64,000 bases of DNA from Staphylococcus phage AH12. Every line of letters begins with the position of its first letter. Positions within the stretch are counted from its first letter, which is position 1. The stretch lies in the sequence record OR455461.1; one strand, written 5' to 3'. Below the pieces are notes generated by a model. The model was not told where the DNA came from, did not search any database, and saw nothing but the letters and a program-made list of their open reading frames with translations. Made by a program: the position numbers and the translations under genes. Of this stretch, positions 20,338 to 31,167 are shown one piece after another.

Positions 20338-23300
20338 TTATTTTTCAACATTGATATCAATGAAGATACGTTCAATAACATTATTGAATTTAACAGAAAT
20401 ACGTACACGTACGATACGTTGAGCTTTATCATATTCATCAGCACTAACTTCAGCTTGAATAGTTTCACAGCTACGGTTAGATACATAACGAGTTAAATAA
20501 GAATTCAATTCTGTATTCATGATAGAACGAGTTTCATCATCATTAAGTTCAAATTGGTAATCAGATACAAGTAATTCTGCATCACGTTTAATTTGATTTA
20601 ATGTGAAGATATTATTAAGGTTAGATAATGGACCATCTGATTTAATAGATGTCATTTGAGAACCAAATTTAGTTCTATCAATATCTTTTTCAATGTAGTT
20701 AATTTTAGAAGTATAAAGTTTTTCTTTATAAGGTTCATTAGGAGCCCATGATAAAGCTTTATGTCCTTCTACTAGTCCACGTCTAGGTCCTGCAATAGGG
20801 AAGTGTAAACCAGAGTTAATTGCTTGATAAGGAATCATTGAAGCTAAACGATAAGTTGGTGTGAAACGAATGTCTCTACCAGTATACTCATCATAATAAG
20901 TTAAATCTTGAGAGTAAATAGCTGTGTACTCAGAAGATACTGCAAATTCTTCTTTTCTCCATTTAATTGCATCTTCAGGACTAACTGGGTAACGATCTGT
21001 AATAGTATCAGCTAAGAATACAAAGTCTTTACGGTTGTTTTTAGCTAATTCAGAAATAGCGAACTTAACTTCGTTAGAATAACGAGCATCAAGAACAACA
21101 TCAAACGGAACAGCTTTTGTATTTGTTAAATCTTCATCAATTAAACCTTTATAAGCTTTAATTAATTCACGATTAACTGCATTCTTACGTTCACTATATG
21201 ATAAATCATTTTCATAAGAGAAATCGCCATCTGAACCGAATAAGAATTTAACTGGACTAGCCACATCAATAAGGTTAGTATTGAAGTATTTAGAGTTAGC
21301 TTTATTCAAGTTAGCAACAGCTAATTCAATATTTTGATGAGCATTTGAAGTGATATCACGTTCAGTATAGTTAGAACGAGTTTGGATCATTTCATCAATA
21401 TTCTTACGGAAAATAGCAATATCATAATAGATAGTGTTAGCTGCAATACGTACAGCACGAGCAACTTTATAAGTTGAAGATACTGAAACCGCTCTATTAA
21501 TTAAGTCAACTAATTGATTAGCAATTTCATTACATGTAGTATAAACTTCTTCACGATTAGTTGCATTATCATCCATTAAACCTACACGAACATCATCAAT
21601 TAATAATTGACAATCTGCAATACGATTTAACATAGATTCAGGAGAAACTATTTCACGTTCACCGTCTCCATCTTCATCAGGAATAGTGTTAATGAATGTG
21701 ATAGCGTCTTCTGGTAATCCTTCTTTAACAGCAGGAATTAAATTGTCAGTAACATATTTAAGTTCAGTTTCAGTATCATTTAATACTTTACTCATACCTT
21801 CAATATTAGTTACAGATTTCATTCCAATACGTAATTCAGCAATATCATTAGTAATATCTAAGATATTAGATTTATGCTGAATACCAAAGATACGGATTTG
21901 GTCTTTTTGAGAAAGAATATCACGTAATTCTTTAACATCTGCTTGATATTTAGGATTTGAAGAAATACCTGAGTTAGATTTATAAACTAATTCATAAGCG
22001 GCATTAAGTTTATTACCATTGTCTAAGAATTCATTTAATAGTAAAGAACCAATTTCTTCAGAAGAAGCTAATACAGCTGATAAGTTTTCTTCATTAGAAT
22101 CTTCGAAATAAGTTTTATAGTTTTCAACTAATTCAGATACAACACCTGAAGGTTTACCACCAAAGTTAATTTCAGAAGGTTTGAATTTTTCAGCTAATTC
22201 TTTTTCTACTGCTTCTTCATCTTCGATATTAGCTGTAACATCTTCTTGAGTTAATTTATCAGAAACTAAATTCTCTTTAATTATCTTAGGAAGATCACCT
22301 GCATCATCAACAAATAGTCCACCATTAGGCACGATAATTTTGTTTAAGATTGATTTAAATTCAGAGAATTTATCAGAACGTAGAGTCTTATATTGATCTC
22401 TCATGTAAGATAAACGATCAGAATCTGTTACGAATGATTTCTCACGAATACCATTATCTAATGAAATTAAAGCATTTTCAACTGGATCGTTAAAATCAGG
22501 TTTATTTAATACTGGTTGTCCATTAATAGTTACTGGAATACCTTTATTATTATAACGTTGTAAAGAAACATGAACATCTTCTGAATCTTTAGTAACTTCA
22601 GAATAGAATGTTTCAGGTGCTCCGTCTAAACCTACTTTAGAACGTCCAGAAATAACATCAATACTAGCTGGATGAACATATGGATTAATTTGTTCAGCTA
22701 ATCTTTGGAAATTTTCAATATTAAATTTAATATTGATATATTTAGAATAACGATTAACTACTTCTTCGATAAACATTGATTCACCAGTATCAGAAATTGA
22801 ATCTGTATCAAATGTTACTAAGAAAGGTCCATCTATTACATTAACATTACCAAATTCATCGAAATCTAATACTTCTAGATTATAAACACGTTCTGTACGA
22901 CCACTAGTGTCATAAGAAGTATTTAAAGTTAAACGAATTCCTAGATCGTTATAAGATTCACCACGACCATTTGGATAAGCTAATAGTAAGAAATTATTAT
23001 TATATCCATCTACAGTTTGTTCTGCAGTACGATCTAATGAAATTTCATTTACTAATTCTTCAATATTTCTATTATTTTTCTTAACAAATGCAATAGTTGG
23101 ACGAATTTTAACATCATCAATTTCTACTAATTCATTTGCTTCTGTTAAAACTTTTTTGCCTTTACGTTGAACTCTACTTTGAACATTTAAAATGGCATGA
23201 GAATAAGTTGCGTTGTTAGGTAGTACACGTAATACGTAAGCTTGACCACCAGAACGTAACCAGTTTACCATGTTGTAAGCAGTTTGTCCATATTTTGCGT

Positions 23301-23487
23301 AATTTGGTTCACCATATTTAAAGATAAATTCTTCTTCAGTACCAACAAAGTCAATAACTCCATCTTTACCTTTTTCAAATGTGTCAGCTGCAAATAAAGT
23401 CACTGGACCTTGAGCTGTTTGGAAGTTATTTTGATAAGAGTTAACTTGAGTTTGTACAGAAGGATGGAGATACATAAAGTCTGCCAT
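20338..23487 (-). CDS. tail sheath protein, unusually large at 1049 aa
   Basis: The N-terminus (GPVTLFAADTFEKG...GVIDFVGTEEEF...YGQTAYNMVNWLRSGGQAYVLRV) resembles the conserved sheath N-terminal signature, in which NGG...VVRV is typical. Confidence 0.65.
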   Translation of the reverse strand: MADFMYLHPSVQTQVNSYQNNFQTAQGPVTLFAADTFEKGKDGVIDFVGTEEEFIFKYGEPNYAKYGQTAYNMVNWLRSGGQAYVLRVLPNNATYSHAILNVQSRVQRKGKKVLTEANELVEIDDVKIRPTIAFVKKNNRNIEELVNEISLDRTAEQTVDGYNNNFLLLAYPNGRGESYNDLGIRLTLNTSYDTSGRTERVYNLEVLDFDEFGNVNVIDGPFLVTFDTDSISDTGESMFIEEVVNRYSKYINIKFNIENFQRLAEQINPYVHPASIDVISGRSKVGLDGAPETFYSEVTKDSEDVHVSLQRYNNKGIPVTINGQPVLNKPDFNDPVENALISLDNGIREKSFVTDSDRLSYMRDQYKTLRSDKFSEFKSILNKIIVPNGGLFVDDAGDLPKIIKENLVSDKLTQEDVTANIEDEEAVEKELAEKFKPSEINFGGKPSGVVSELVENYKTYFEDSNEENLSAVLASSEEIGSLLLNEFLDNGNKLNAAYELVYKSNSGISSNPKYQADVKELRDILSQKDQIRIFGIQHKSNILDITNDIAELRIGMKSVTNIEGMSKVLNDTETELKYVTDNLIPAVKEGLPEDAITFINTIPDEDGDGEREIVSPESMLNRIADCQLLIDDVRVGLMDDNATNREEVYTTCNEIANQLVDLINRAVSVSSTYKVARAVRIAANTIYYDIAIFRKNIDEMIQTRSNYTERDITSNAHQNIELAVANLNKANSKYFNTNLIDVASPVKFLFGSDGDFSYENDLSYSERKNAVNRELIKAYKGLIDEDLTNTKAVPFDVVLDARYSNEVKFAISELAKNNRKDFVFLADTITDRYPVSPEDAIKWRKEEFAVSSEYTAIYSQDLTYYDEYTGRDIRFTPTYRLASMIPYQAINSGLHFPIAGPRRGLVEGHKALSWAPNEPYKEKLYTSKINYIEKDIDRTKFGSQMTSIKSDGPLSNLNNIFTLNQIKRDAELLVSDYQFELNDDETRSIMNTELNSYLTRYVSNRSCETIQAEVSADEYDKAQRIVRVRISVKFNNVIERIFIDINVEK

Positions 23488-23829
23488 ATTTTTTGTAACC
23501 TTCCTTTCGATATTTACATCTATGTGATTTTATTTTTTCAATAGACATTTTTAATATAATAAATTTTATAATAGTATGTTTAAAGTACAGAAGTATATAT
23601 GAAACACAATGTAGCTATTCCATAGAACTTTTAACTAATTTTTCTACATCAGATTTATATTCTTCAGGTACTTGATCTATACTTATTTCATTTTGAAAAA
23701 CTAAAAATGCTAAATAAGGTTTAAAATATTTTTTATTAGAATTAAATTTAGCAAATAACAGTAAAGATTTTACCAAAGGTAATAAATTTTTTGATAATTT
23801 CCATATCATATTATTAACACTTCTTTCTA

Positions 23830-24603
23830 TTAATATTTCATAACATCTTCTAAAGGTGTACGTTTTTCTTCTCCACCCTTAGCAGTTCTACCTATAGAAC
23901 TTACAATTGTATCGTCCATTCCTTCAAATGTAAATGAAGCAAATGTTGAATTAAGATTAGGTAGTTTCTTAAGGTTATAATTAATATAATCTAATGATCC
24001 TACATTATCTTTTTTATTCAAAGCTATTCTATAAGGCATTTCTACATTACCTTTATATCTACATATTTCAGCAATAATTAATTCATAAGTTAATGAATTT
24101 GATTTAAGATTTACTTTATTACTATTTAATACATCATAATGAAGTTTAATAATATCATTATAATCTACAAATGAAGGTAATTTACCTGCATGGAATAAAA
24201 ATAAAAAATTCTTAACAGTTTCAGCTGATTGTTCAATATGTACATTAGCCATAAACTGACATCCATTAGTTAATCTAAATACATCATACTGAATTGGATC
24301 TAAACCTTCTGATAATTTCCCATCAAATTTAAACTGTTCTGTATAGTTGAAATCCATTCTGTTAGGATATTTAATCTTTCTAACTTCTCCAGATTTACCT
24401 TCTTCAGCTTGTTTTTCAGTTTTAATTTCAAATTGGAACATACCATAAGCATTAATATATTCTCCACGATGTTCAGCTAAACCATTTTTAAATTGTTCTC
24501 TTGGTATATAAATATCTAATACTTCACCAGTAAAAATTATTGAATTTCCATCTCTTTTAAATTCTTTAATATTCAATTTTAAATATATCTCCCTTCCATT
24601 CAA
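23830..24603 (-). CDS. hypothetical protein, 257 aa
   Basis: ORF track entry between nrdF and the sheath gene. Confidence 0.5.
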   Translation of the reverse strand: MNGREIYLKLNIKEFKRDGNSIIFTGEVLDIYIPREQFKNGLAEHRGEYINAYGMFQFEIKTEKQAEEGKSGEVRKIKYPNRMDFNYTEQFKFDGKLSEGLDPIQYDVFRLTNGCQFMANVHIEQSAETVKNFLFLFHAGKLPSFVDYNDIIKLHYDVLNSNKVNLKSNSLTYELIIAEICRYKGNVEMPYRIALNKKDNVGSLDYINYNLKKLPNLNSTFASFTFEGMDDTIVSSIGRTAKGGEEKRTPLEDVMKY

Positions 24604-24644
24604 TATTTCATAAATATAAGAATGTTAAAGCTCAATTTTCGTGC

Positions 24645-24683
24645 GTAAAAAATACCCTAACATCTCAGTTAGAAATGTTAGGG
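24645..24683 (-). terminator. rho-independent terminator after nrdF
   Basis: 9-bp stem CCCTAACAT / ATGTTAGGG with a T-run on the minus strand. Confidence 0.55.
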
Positions 24684-24711
24684 CTGCAAATTAATCATAT
24701 ACATTTGTTTA

Positions 24712-25785
24712 TTAATCTATATAGTAGCTGTGTTTGAATCTATCATCTGCTTTATCTTTATATGAATTAATAATATTTTTATTAAGTTCATTAACATCAA
24801 TTACATCGTAATCTTCTTCTTTAGTATTTTCAGCTTTACCAATAAGATATCCGTTACCTTCTTGAGAGAAGAAATCATGATTACCAGTAGAAGTTTTTAA
24901 TCCAGCCATTACAATTGGATTTACATCTTCTTCAGTAGTTTCGAAAATAGGATCTAATTTAAGATTTAATAAAGCTTTATTGGCATTATATTGAGCAAAT
25001 ATTTTAACATCTTCAGCCCAACCAATTTCAGTATAAACTTCTTCAATGAATTCACATTCAACTTGATAAAGTTCAAATAGTAAATTAGTTACCCACATTT
25101 TAATTTCGTTTTGTTCATTTTCTTCTAATTTTTCATAACGTTTACCAAATTTATATCCAATATAAGAACCATGAAGTGACTCATCTCTTAAGATTAATTT
25201 AATGATTTCTAATACACTTTTAAGACTATCTTTTAATCTTAATGGAGTATAAAAACCTGAATAAAATAAGAATGACTCTAAGAATACTGAAGCGGCTTGC
25301 ACTTTAAGGATATCACCTGATTGATAAGCTTCATTAATCAATTTAATTTTCTTTTGAACATGTTCATTTTCTTCTACCCATTTGAAGTTTTCATCTACTT
25401 GTTTTGAATTTAACAAAGTAGTAAAAATAGTACTATACGAGCGATTGTGAATACTTTCCATAAATCTGATGTTGTTTAATACATCTTCTTCCATAGGTGT
25501 AAGAGCATGATGAAGTAAAGCATCTCCTCCTTCACGTGATTGAAGTGTATCAAGAGTAGTTAATTCGGCAAATACTTTATTAACTACATCTTTTGTATTA
25601 TCATCTAATCCATTCCAAGCTTTAATATCATTTGAAACTGGAATACGTGTTGAAGTCCAAAATTGTGATACTAAAGTATCAAATGTCATTAAATCTACAT
25701 AATCGTCTACTTTATTCCAATTCATAGGACTATAATAACTTTTATTATCATTACTACTTGTTAAGAAATTTCCTTTTGTTGTCAT
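24712..25785 (-). CDS. nrdF: ribonucleotide reductase class Ib small (beta) subunit
   Basis: Ferritin-like RNR beta sequence with di-iron ligand context (E..H motifs) and a C-terminal acidic tail. Adjacent to nrdE. Confidence 0.85.
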   Translation of the reverse strand: MTTKGNFLTSSNDNKSYYSPMNWNKVDDYVDLMTFDTLVSQFWTSTRIPVSNDIKAWNGLDDNTKDVVNKVFAELTTLDTLQSREGGDALLHHALTPMEEDVLNNIRFMESIHNRSYSTIFTTLLNSKQVDENFKWVEENEHVQKKIKLINEAYQSGDILKVQAASVFLESFLFYSGFYTPLRLKDSLKSVLEIIKLILRDESLHGSYIGYKFGKRYEKLEENEQNEIKMWVTNLLFELYQVECEFIEEVYTEIGWAEDVKIFAQYNANKALLNLKLDPIFETTEEDVNPIVMAGLKTSTGNHDFFSQEGNGYLIGKAENTKEEDYDVIDVNELNKNIINSYKDKADDRFKHSYYID

Positions 25786-25806
25786 CTAAGTAACTCTCCT
25801 TATTCT

Positions 25807-26052
25807 TTATACTAATATAAAATCAATTATCTTTACTTTTTTATCTCTAACATGTCTAAATTGATCATCATAATTTTCTAAGTAATAATGAACTTTATTA
25901 TCCAAGTCAGAGCTATTAGAGATGACCTCTTTAGCTCCACTTGGTAAATCTATTACTACTATTAATATTTCTGGTTCTTTATTTAAATTTCTATATTTAC
26001 TTTCAAATTTTTCTTTTAATGTCATATAATTTCCTCCAATTAGATAGAACAA
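25807..26052 (-). CDS. small hypothetical protein, 81 aa, between nrdE and nrdF
   Basis: ORF track entry that overlaps the nrdE stop by 13 nt. Confidence 0.35.
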   Translation of the reverse strand: MFYLIGGNYMTLKEKFESKYRNLNKEPEILIVVIDLPSGAKEVISNSSDLDNKVHYYLENYDDQFRHVRDKKVKIIDFILV

Positions 26053-27494
26053 GATTCACATTCAACAATACCTTGAGAATTTTCATCATGGTCTGGTGAA
26101 TAAATACGAGTATAATACATAGATTTAATACCTTTACTGTAAGCATAGTTACGTAATCTACTAATATCACGAGTAGTAGTTTCTTTATCTAAAGAATCTT
26201 TTTTCCATTCATACAATTCAGGATCAAGTTCATTCATTAAATAAATATTCATAGAGATACCTTGATCAACATGATATTGAGCTTCTGAATATAAATCAAT
26301 CATATCACGCATATCTAATTGATAAGCATTTTTCTTAAAGTAATCAAAGTTATCTGGTGTAATACCTGGTGCTGGATAGAAAGTAGTACCTGTTTTACCT
26401 TCTACACGTTCTTCAATTAATTCAACAATAGGGTGAATTGAAGGTGATACTTCTCTAACATAACCAATAGAACCATTAGGTGCTACAGCTAATCTATTTT
26501 GATTGTATAAACCATCCATAACGATATTATTTCTTAATTGTTCCCAATCACTATCAGATGGAATAAAGATATCTTCAAATAATTCTTTAACTTTTTCAGT
26601 ACGTGGTTGAATATTTTTACCAATATAACGTTTATCAAAGTAAGAACCATCAGCATATTCAGTTTTTTCAAATAAATAGAATGATTCATCTTTTTCTTTA
26701 GCAATTTTATTTGATTCAACTAACGTCCAATAGTTTAATAGCATGAAATAAATATTAGTGAAATCTTTAGATTCTTCTGATCCATATTGAATATGATTTT
26801 CAGCTAAATAAGTGTGTAATCCCATTGCACCTAAACCAACTGTATGGAATAAATCATTAGCTTTCTTAACTGTAGGTACAGCTTCAATATTAGATTTTTC
26901 TGCTACTGAATTTAAACTTCTTAACATAGTTCCAACTGATTTACCAAAGTCTTCTGATTTCATTAAACCAGGTACGATAGTTGAAGCTAAGTTACATGAA
27001 ACATCTGTTCCTGTTTTAACATATTGTTGATTATCGTCAACTAATGAAGGGTATTGTACTTGCAGAATTTCACTACACAAATTACTCATTTTAATTGTAC
27101 CATGACTAATTGGATTAGCTCTATTAGCTGTATCAATATTAATAATATAAGGATATCCAGATTCTTGTTGTAATTTACTAATAGTAGTTTCTAAATCACG
27201 AGCATACATTTTCTCTTTACCAATACGTTTATCATCTACAAAGATATCATAGTAAGTATTAAAGTCAATACTATCGAAATCTAAATCATAATATTTTTTA
27301 ATATCATATGGACTAAATGTATATAATGATTTATTTTCTTTAACTAATTGGTAATATTTATCTGGAACTGTTAAACCTAATGAAATAGTTTTTAGTCTTA
27401 CTTTCTCATCAGCATTTTCTTTCTTAGTATCTAAGAATTTCACTACATCTTTATGGAAAATATTTAAGTAAAGTGCACCTGCACCATTTCTTTG
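26040..27494 (-). CDS. nrdE: ribonucleotide reductase large subunit, exon 2 (C-terminal 484 aa)
   Basis: SNLCSEI active-site motif and a C-terminal CESCSI tail. The ATG the ORF finder reports at 27497 belongs to the intron; its G is the terminal omega-G. Confidence 0.85.
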   Translation of the reverse strand, partial: QRNGAGALYLNIFHKDVVKFLDTKKENADEKVRLKTISLGLTVPDKYYQLVKENKSLYTFSPYDIKKYYDLDFDSIDFNTYYDIFVDDKRIGKEKMYARDLETTISKLQQESGYPYIINIDTANRANPISHGTIKMSNLCSEILQVQYPSLVDDNQQYVKTGTDVSCNLASTIVPGLMKSEDFGKSVGTMLRSLNSVAEKSNIEAVPTVKKANDLFHTVGLGAMGLHTYLAENHIQYGSEESKDFTNIYFMLLNYWTLVESNKIAKEKDESFYLFEKTEYADGSYFDKRYIGKNIQPRTEKVKELFEDIFIPSDSDWEQLRNNIVMDGLYNQNRLAVAPNGSIGYVREVSPSIHPIVELIEERVEGKTGTTFYPAPGITPDNFDYFKKNAYQLDMRDMIDLYSEAQYHVDQGISMNIYLMNELDPELYEWKKDSLDKETTTRDISRLRNYAYSKGIKSMYYTRIYSPDHDENSQGIVECESCSI

Positions 27495-27656
27495 CATTTA
27501 TATTAACTATATGAAATTCATATAGATTAGACTATATCTTATACTATTAATAAGTATTATTATATTTAGTCGTTGAACAATCATCTTGATTGATGCTGAT
27601 TAAGTTTATAAACTTTTCCAGCAATTAATATTATTTATACTGAGCCATTAAAATTA
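27495..27656 (-). ncRNA. group I intron, 162 nt, ORF-less, in nrdE
   Basis: P AAUUGCUGGAAA, Q AAUCAGCAUC, R GUUCAACGACUAAAUAU and S AGAUAUAGUCU elements are present. P1 pairs exon CUGGGU with the guide sequence GCUCAG. P5, P6, P8 and P9 hairpins are present. The spliced junction YVNQLG|QRNGAGALYL matches the conserved RNR alpha region. Confidence 0.8.
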
Positions 27657-28403
27657 ACCCAGTTGATTTACATATGATAAAGTATCTTCAAATACTTTCA
27701 TAACTGGAACTACTCCTGAAGCAGCACCTTCAACACCTTTAATTGGATCATTATCAGCACGTAGATTACTTAAAGATACTCCTATTCCTCCACCACGTTT
27801 ACTTAATTGTGCCACATTAGAGATATTTCTATAAATAGATGATAAAGAATCCTCCATAGTTAATAAGAAACAACTTACTAACTCACCAGAACGTACTCTA
27901 CCTGCATTAAGAAATGTAGGTGTAGCTGGTTGGAAAGTACCTGTAATAATTTCATTAGCAATATCTCTAGCTAATTCTTCATCACCGTCAGCTAAGTATA
28001 AAGCTACAAATAAAATTCTATCTTCATATAGTTCTAATAAGATTTCCCCTGCATCATCTTTCATTGCATACTGTTCATAGAATTTTTTAGCTCCTAATAA
28101 ACGAGTAAAACGATGTTTATAAGCCATTAATTCTTTCATTAATCCTTTAATAAATTCAAAATTATAGTTATTGATCATATCTCCATCAATATAATCATTA
28201 TTAACTAAGTAATTAATTTTTTCCTTATATGTTTTAAAATATCTTACATTCTTATTAACTTTTTCATCGAAGTATTTACTAACAGAAGCTAACTCAAATT
28301 CTAGATCTAAATTACCGTCTTTTAATTGTGAACCTCTTGAATTCAATTCATTGTATGAATAATCTTTGAACTTTTCTGAGTTTAAGTCTATTTCTTTTGT
28401 CAT
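27657..28403 (-). CDS. nrdE: ribonucleotide reductase large subunit, exon 1 (N-terminal 249 aa)
   Basis: N-terminal RNR alpha region (ATPTFLNAGR..., GGGIGVSLS). Ends in GGU, directly before the intron-borne UAA. Confidence 0.85.
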
Positions 28404-28423
28404 TTTATCCTATCTCCTTATAT

Positions 28424-28846
28424 CTATACTAACTCTAAATCTTTATTTATAATACTAGAGTTACTTAAGTCTTTTAATTTTTTATTTAATTCGATATGTT
28501 CATTTTTAATTCCGAATAATTCTATACCCATTAATAATTCTAAATTAAAATCATTACATAATTTCTTAGGTGTAGTTAAGAATTCATAATTAAGATTTCT
28601 ATTACCTGAACCTACAATGCCAATACATCTACTTAGATTCATTCCATTACTAAAGAACTTTTTAACGTGATTATAAATTGCATGTGGAGTATTATAAGAT
28701 CCACATATAAGTATATAATCTTCATTCATTTCTATTTCTTCACAGTTATTTCTATTAAGTTCAATAGGTTCTCCAACTATTGTTTTGTCTAATTTATCTG
28801 CAAATTTTTTACTATTACCTGTTAGAGTAAAATAAACTAATTTCAT
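28424..28846 (-). CDS. nrdI: NrdI-like flavodoxin, 140 aa
   Basis: The N-terminal MKLVYFTLTGNSKKF resembles the NrdI VYxSxTGN motif, and the gene sits directly upstream of nrdE. Confidence 0.55.
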   Translation of the reverse strand: MKLVYFTLTGNSKKFADKLDKTIVGEPIELNRNNCEEIEMNEDYILICGSYNTPHAIYNHVKKFFSNGMNLSRCIGIVGSGNRNLNYEFLTTPKKLCNDFNLELLMGIELFGIKNEHIELNKKLKDLSNSSIINKDLELV

Positions 28847-28941
28847 GAAAATCTCTCCATTTAATTATATTTTCTAAATTCGAGGTTTAAAATAGATCCA
28901 TCATAAGTTATCCTTATGATAGATCATTTTAATTCATATAT

Positions 28942-29145
28942 TTAATATCCTACTTGACGATATTCCCAGTTCCAAAAACTACCATCAGACTCAAAGGTAT
29001 AATTCCAACCTTCAATACTGAAATTTTCTTTATAAGGTCCTTCGTATAAAGGTTTATCATTTAATTCTTTAACTTGACCGTTTTGAACCATTTCAGCAAG
29101 TTTTTTATAATCTACTGATTCTTTATTTTCAAAGATAGTATTCAT
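28942..29145 (-). CDS. small hypothetical protein, 67 aa
   Basis: ORF track entry inside the nrd cluster. Confidence 0.4.
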   Translation of the reverse strand: MNTIFENKESVDYKKLAEMVQNGQVKELNDKPLYEGPYKENFSIEGWNYTFESDGSFWNWEYRQVGY

Positions 29146-29163
29146 AATGATAAATCATCCTTT

Positions 29164-29397
29164 CTATAATGAAGATAATACTTGATTTAATTTAGCTGGA
29201 TCGTTTCCAACTACAACATCAGTACCGAAATCAATTACTGGTAAAGATTGATAGCCTTTAGATAAAAGATCTTCTTTAGCTTTTTCATCCTCATCAATAT
29301 TAATTTCTGTATATTCAATTCCTTGATTACCTAAAACCATTTTACTAAACATGCATTTACTACAATTATTCTTTGTATAAAATTTAATTTCTGGCAT
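29164..29397 (-). CDS. nrdH: glutaredoxin-like NrdH redoxin, 77 aa
   Basis: CSKC (CxxC) motif near the N-terminus and a thioredoxin-fold-sized protein sitting upstream of nrdI and nrdE. Confidence 0.7.
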   Translation of the reverse strand: MPEIKFYTKNNCSKCMFSKMVLGNQGIEYTEINIDEDEKAKEDLLSKGYQSLPVIDFGTDVVVGNDPAKLNQVLSSL

Positions 29398-29435
29398 AAC
29401 TAACTCTAACCTCTTTCTATTCTAATTTTTATAAT

Positions 29436-30188
29436 TTATTTTTGGTATCTAATTAAGATACTATTAATTACTTTGATAAAATCTTCGTTCTGTTCTAATT
29501 TATTACCGAATTTTCCAATATAATCAACATTTTCAGAAAGAGATTTTATATAATAAGGAGATTTTTCATAATTTTGTAACATGTATGAACCTAATGAACA
29601 CATAAATTTATACAATGAATTTGTTTCTTTGAAACTATCACTGTCTAATGCATTTTTTAGATTTTCATAGATCTCTTCTAGATCAATATAATTGTATTCA
29701 TTATTTTCATTTCCATGAATTTTATTATGATTATAAATTTTCATATTTAATTTTTCATTTACTTTTTTAAGTTTATTTTCTTTAACAGGTAATTTACTAA
29801 TAGTAATATTATCTAACATATGTTTAGCTTCTTTACTATCTTTAATTTGTTCAATGATATTTTCAATTTGTTTAGCATCATTAATCTTTAAATCTTTTAA
29901 AGGTTTTAATCTTTCAGGAATATCTTCATCTTTTTCAAAAGTTAAATCACCATTAATGAAATCTAATTTCTCTTGATATCTTTGAACTTTAGAATCTACA
30001 GATAGTACATCATTGATATCAATATTATCTTTACCATAGTAAGTTGATAATTCTTTATTGATATCTTCCTTTTTTTCTTCGATTTCTTTTTCTAATTTAT
30101 CATTCTCTTCATCAAATTCTTCCATAGCATTTTGTAAATCTTTTTCTAGTTCTTCAACATATTTATTCTCTTCTACCATTTTTGACAA
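29436..30188 (-). CDS. hypothetical protein, 250 aa, charged/coiled-coil
   Basis: ORF track entry downstream of the terminase gene. Confidence 0.5.
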   Translation of the reverse strand: MSKMVEENKYVEELEKDLQNAMEEFDEENDKLEKEIEEKKEDINKELSTYYGKDNIDINDVLSVDSKVQRYQEKLDFINGDLTFEKDEDIPERLKPLKDLKINDAKQIENIIEQIKDSKEAKHMLDNITISKLPVKENKLKKVNEKLNMKIYNHNKIHGNENNEYNYIDLEEIYENLKNALDSDSFKETNSLYKFMCSLGSYMLQNYEKSPYYIKSLSENVDYIGKFGNKLEQNEDFIKVINSILIRYQK

Positions 30189-30194
30189 ATCTCC

Positions 30195-30995
30195 TTATTT
30201 ATATTTATTAATGAAATAATACTGTATTTCTCTAAATAATACATTATTATCTTCAAATGTGTCTCTTAATACATTAATAAGATTATTATCAAATCTAACA
30301 TCAGTAATTGATTGTTCTACTAACATTTTATCAATTTGATAATTATTCAATTCAGATTCTTCATCTAGAATTACAGTTTCAATAATATCTTCATTATCTC
30401 CAATATAAACTCCTTCAATAATATCTGGAATAGAATAAATCATTGCAGTGTATTCATTATCAATAGTTTTCTTTAAATTGTTATATGATAATGAAGTATT
30501 AATATCATCATTTAAATTATCTTCATAAGTCTTAGATAAGTGTACAATATTTTTTTCAATATGATTAATAAATAGATTATTAATCATTTCTTTTTTATTT
30601 AATACAAAGAAATAATATAATGATTTAATATACTGAGCTTTATCTTCAACTAAAATATCTTCTGAAAATTCAATAGATAATTGATAAGTATCTTGAATTG
30701 ATTCTAATATTTCATTTAAAATATCATTATAAACTTCTTTAGTTCTATTTAAAATATCATTATCTTCTTTATATCTTTCTAATACAAAATTAAATCGGAT
30801 TTCAAAATATTCAAAAAAATTCTTATGGTGTTGATCCGTATAAAACTGTTTTGTGTTAGATTCATGAATTTGATCTTTAATATTATCTACCATAATATCT
30901 TCAGAGATATTCATAATAATCTCATCGTATTCCTCTTTAACCATTTCTAAATCATCTTTATCATCAATTAAGTATGTCTTAGTCAAAATTTTCAC
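30195..30995 (-). CDS. hypothetical protein, 266 aa
   Basis: ORF track entry. Confidence 0.5.
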   Translation of the reverse strand: MKILTKTYLIDDKDDLEMVKEEYDEIIMNISEDIMVDNIKDQIHESNTKQFYTDQHHKNFFEYFEIRFNFVLERYKEDNDILNRTKEVYNDILNEILESIQDTYQLSIEFSEDILVEDKAQYIKSLYYFFVLNKKEMINNLFINHIEKNIVHLSKTYEDNLNDDINTSLSYNNLKKTIDNEYTAMIYSIPDIIEGVYIGDNEDIIETVILDEESELNNYQIDKMLVEQSITDVRFDNNLINVLRDTFEDNNVLFREIQYYFINKYK

Positions 30996-31127
30996 TTCCC
31001 ATTTATCTTTTTATTTTTATATAATATATTATTCTAACGAATAATTAAAATTTTCTTTTATCTTTTCTAAAATTAACTCTACTATACAACTTAGTTAATA
31101 CTATTTTTTAAAAATTTCCAATAAAAT

Positions 31128-31159
31128 AGAGTAATGACGAAGTTAATCATCATTACTCT
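31128..31159 (-). terminator. rho-independent terminator after the terminase gene
   Basis: Stem AGAGTAATGA / TCATTACTCT with a T-rich tract on the minus strand. Confidence 0.45.
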
Positions 31160-31167
31160 TATATATT

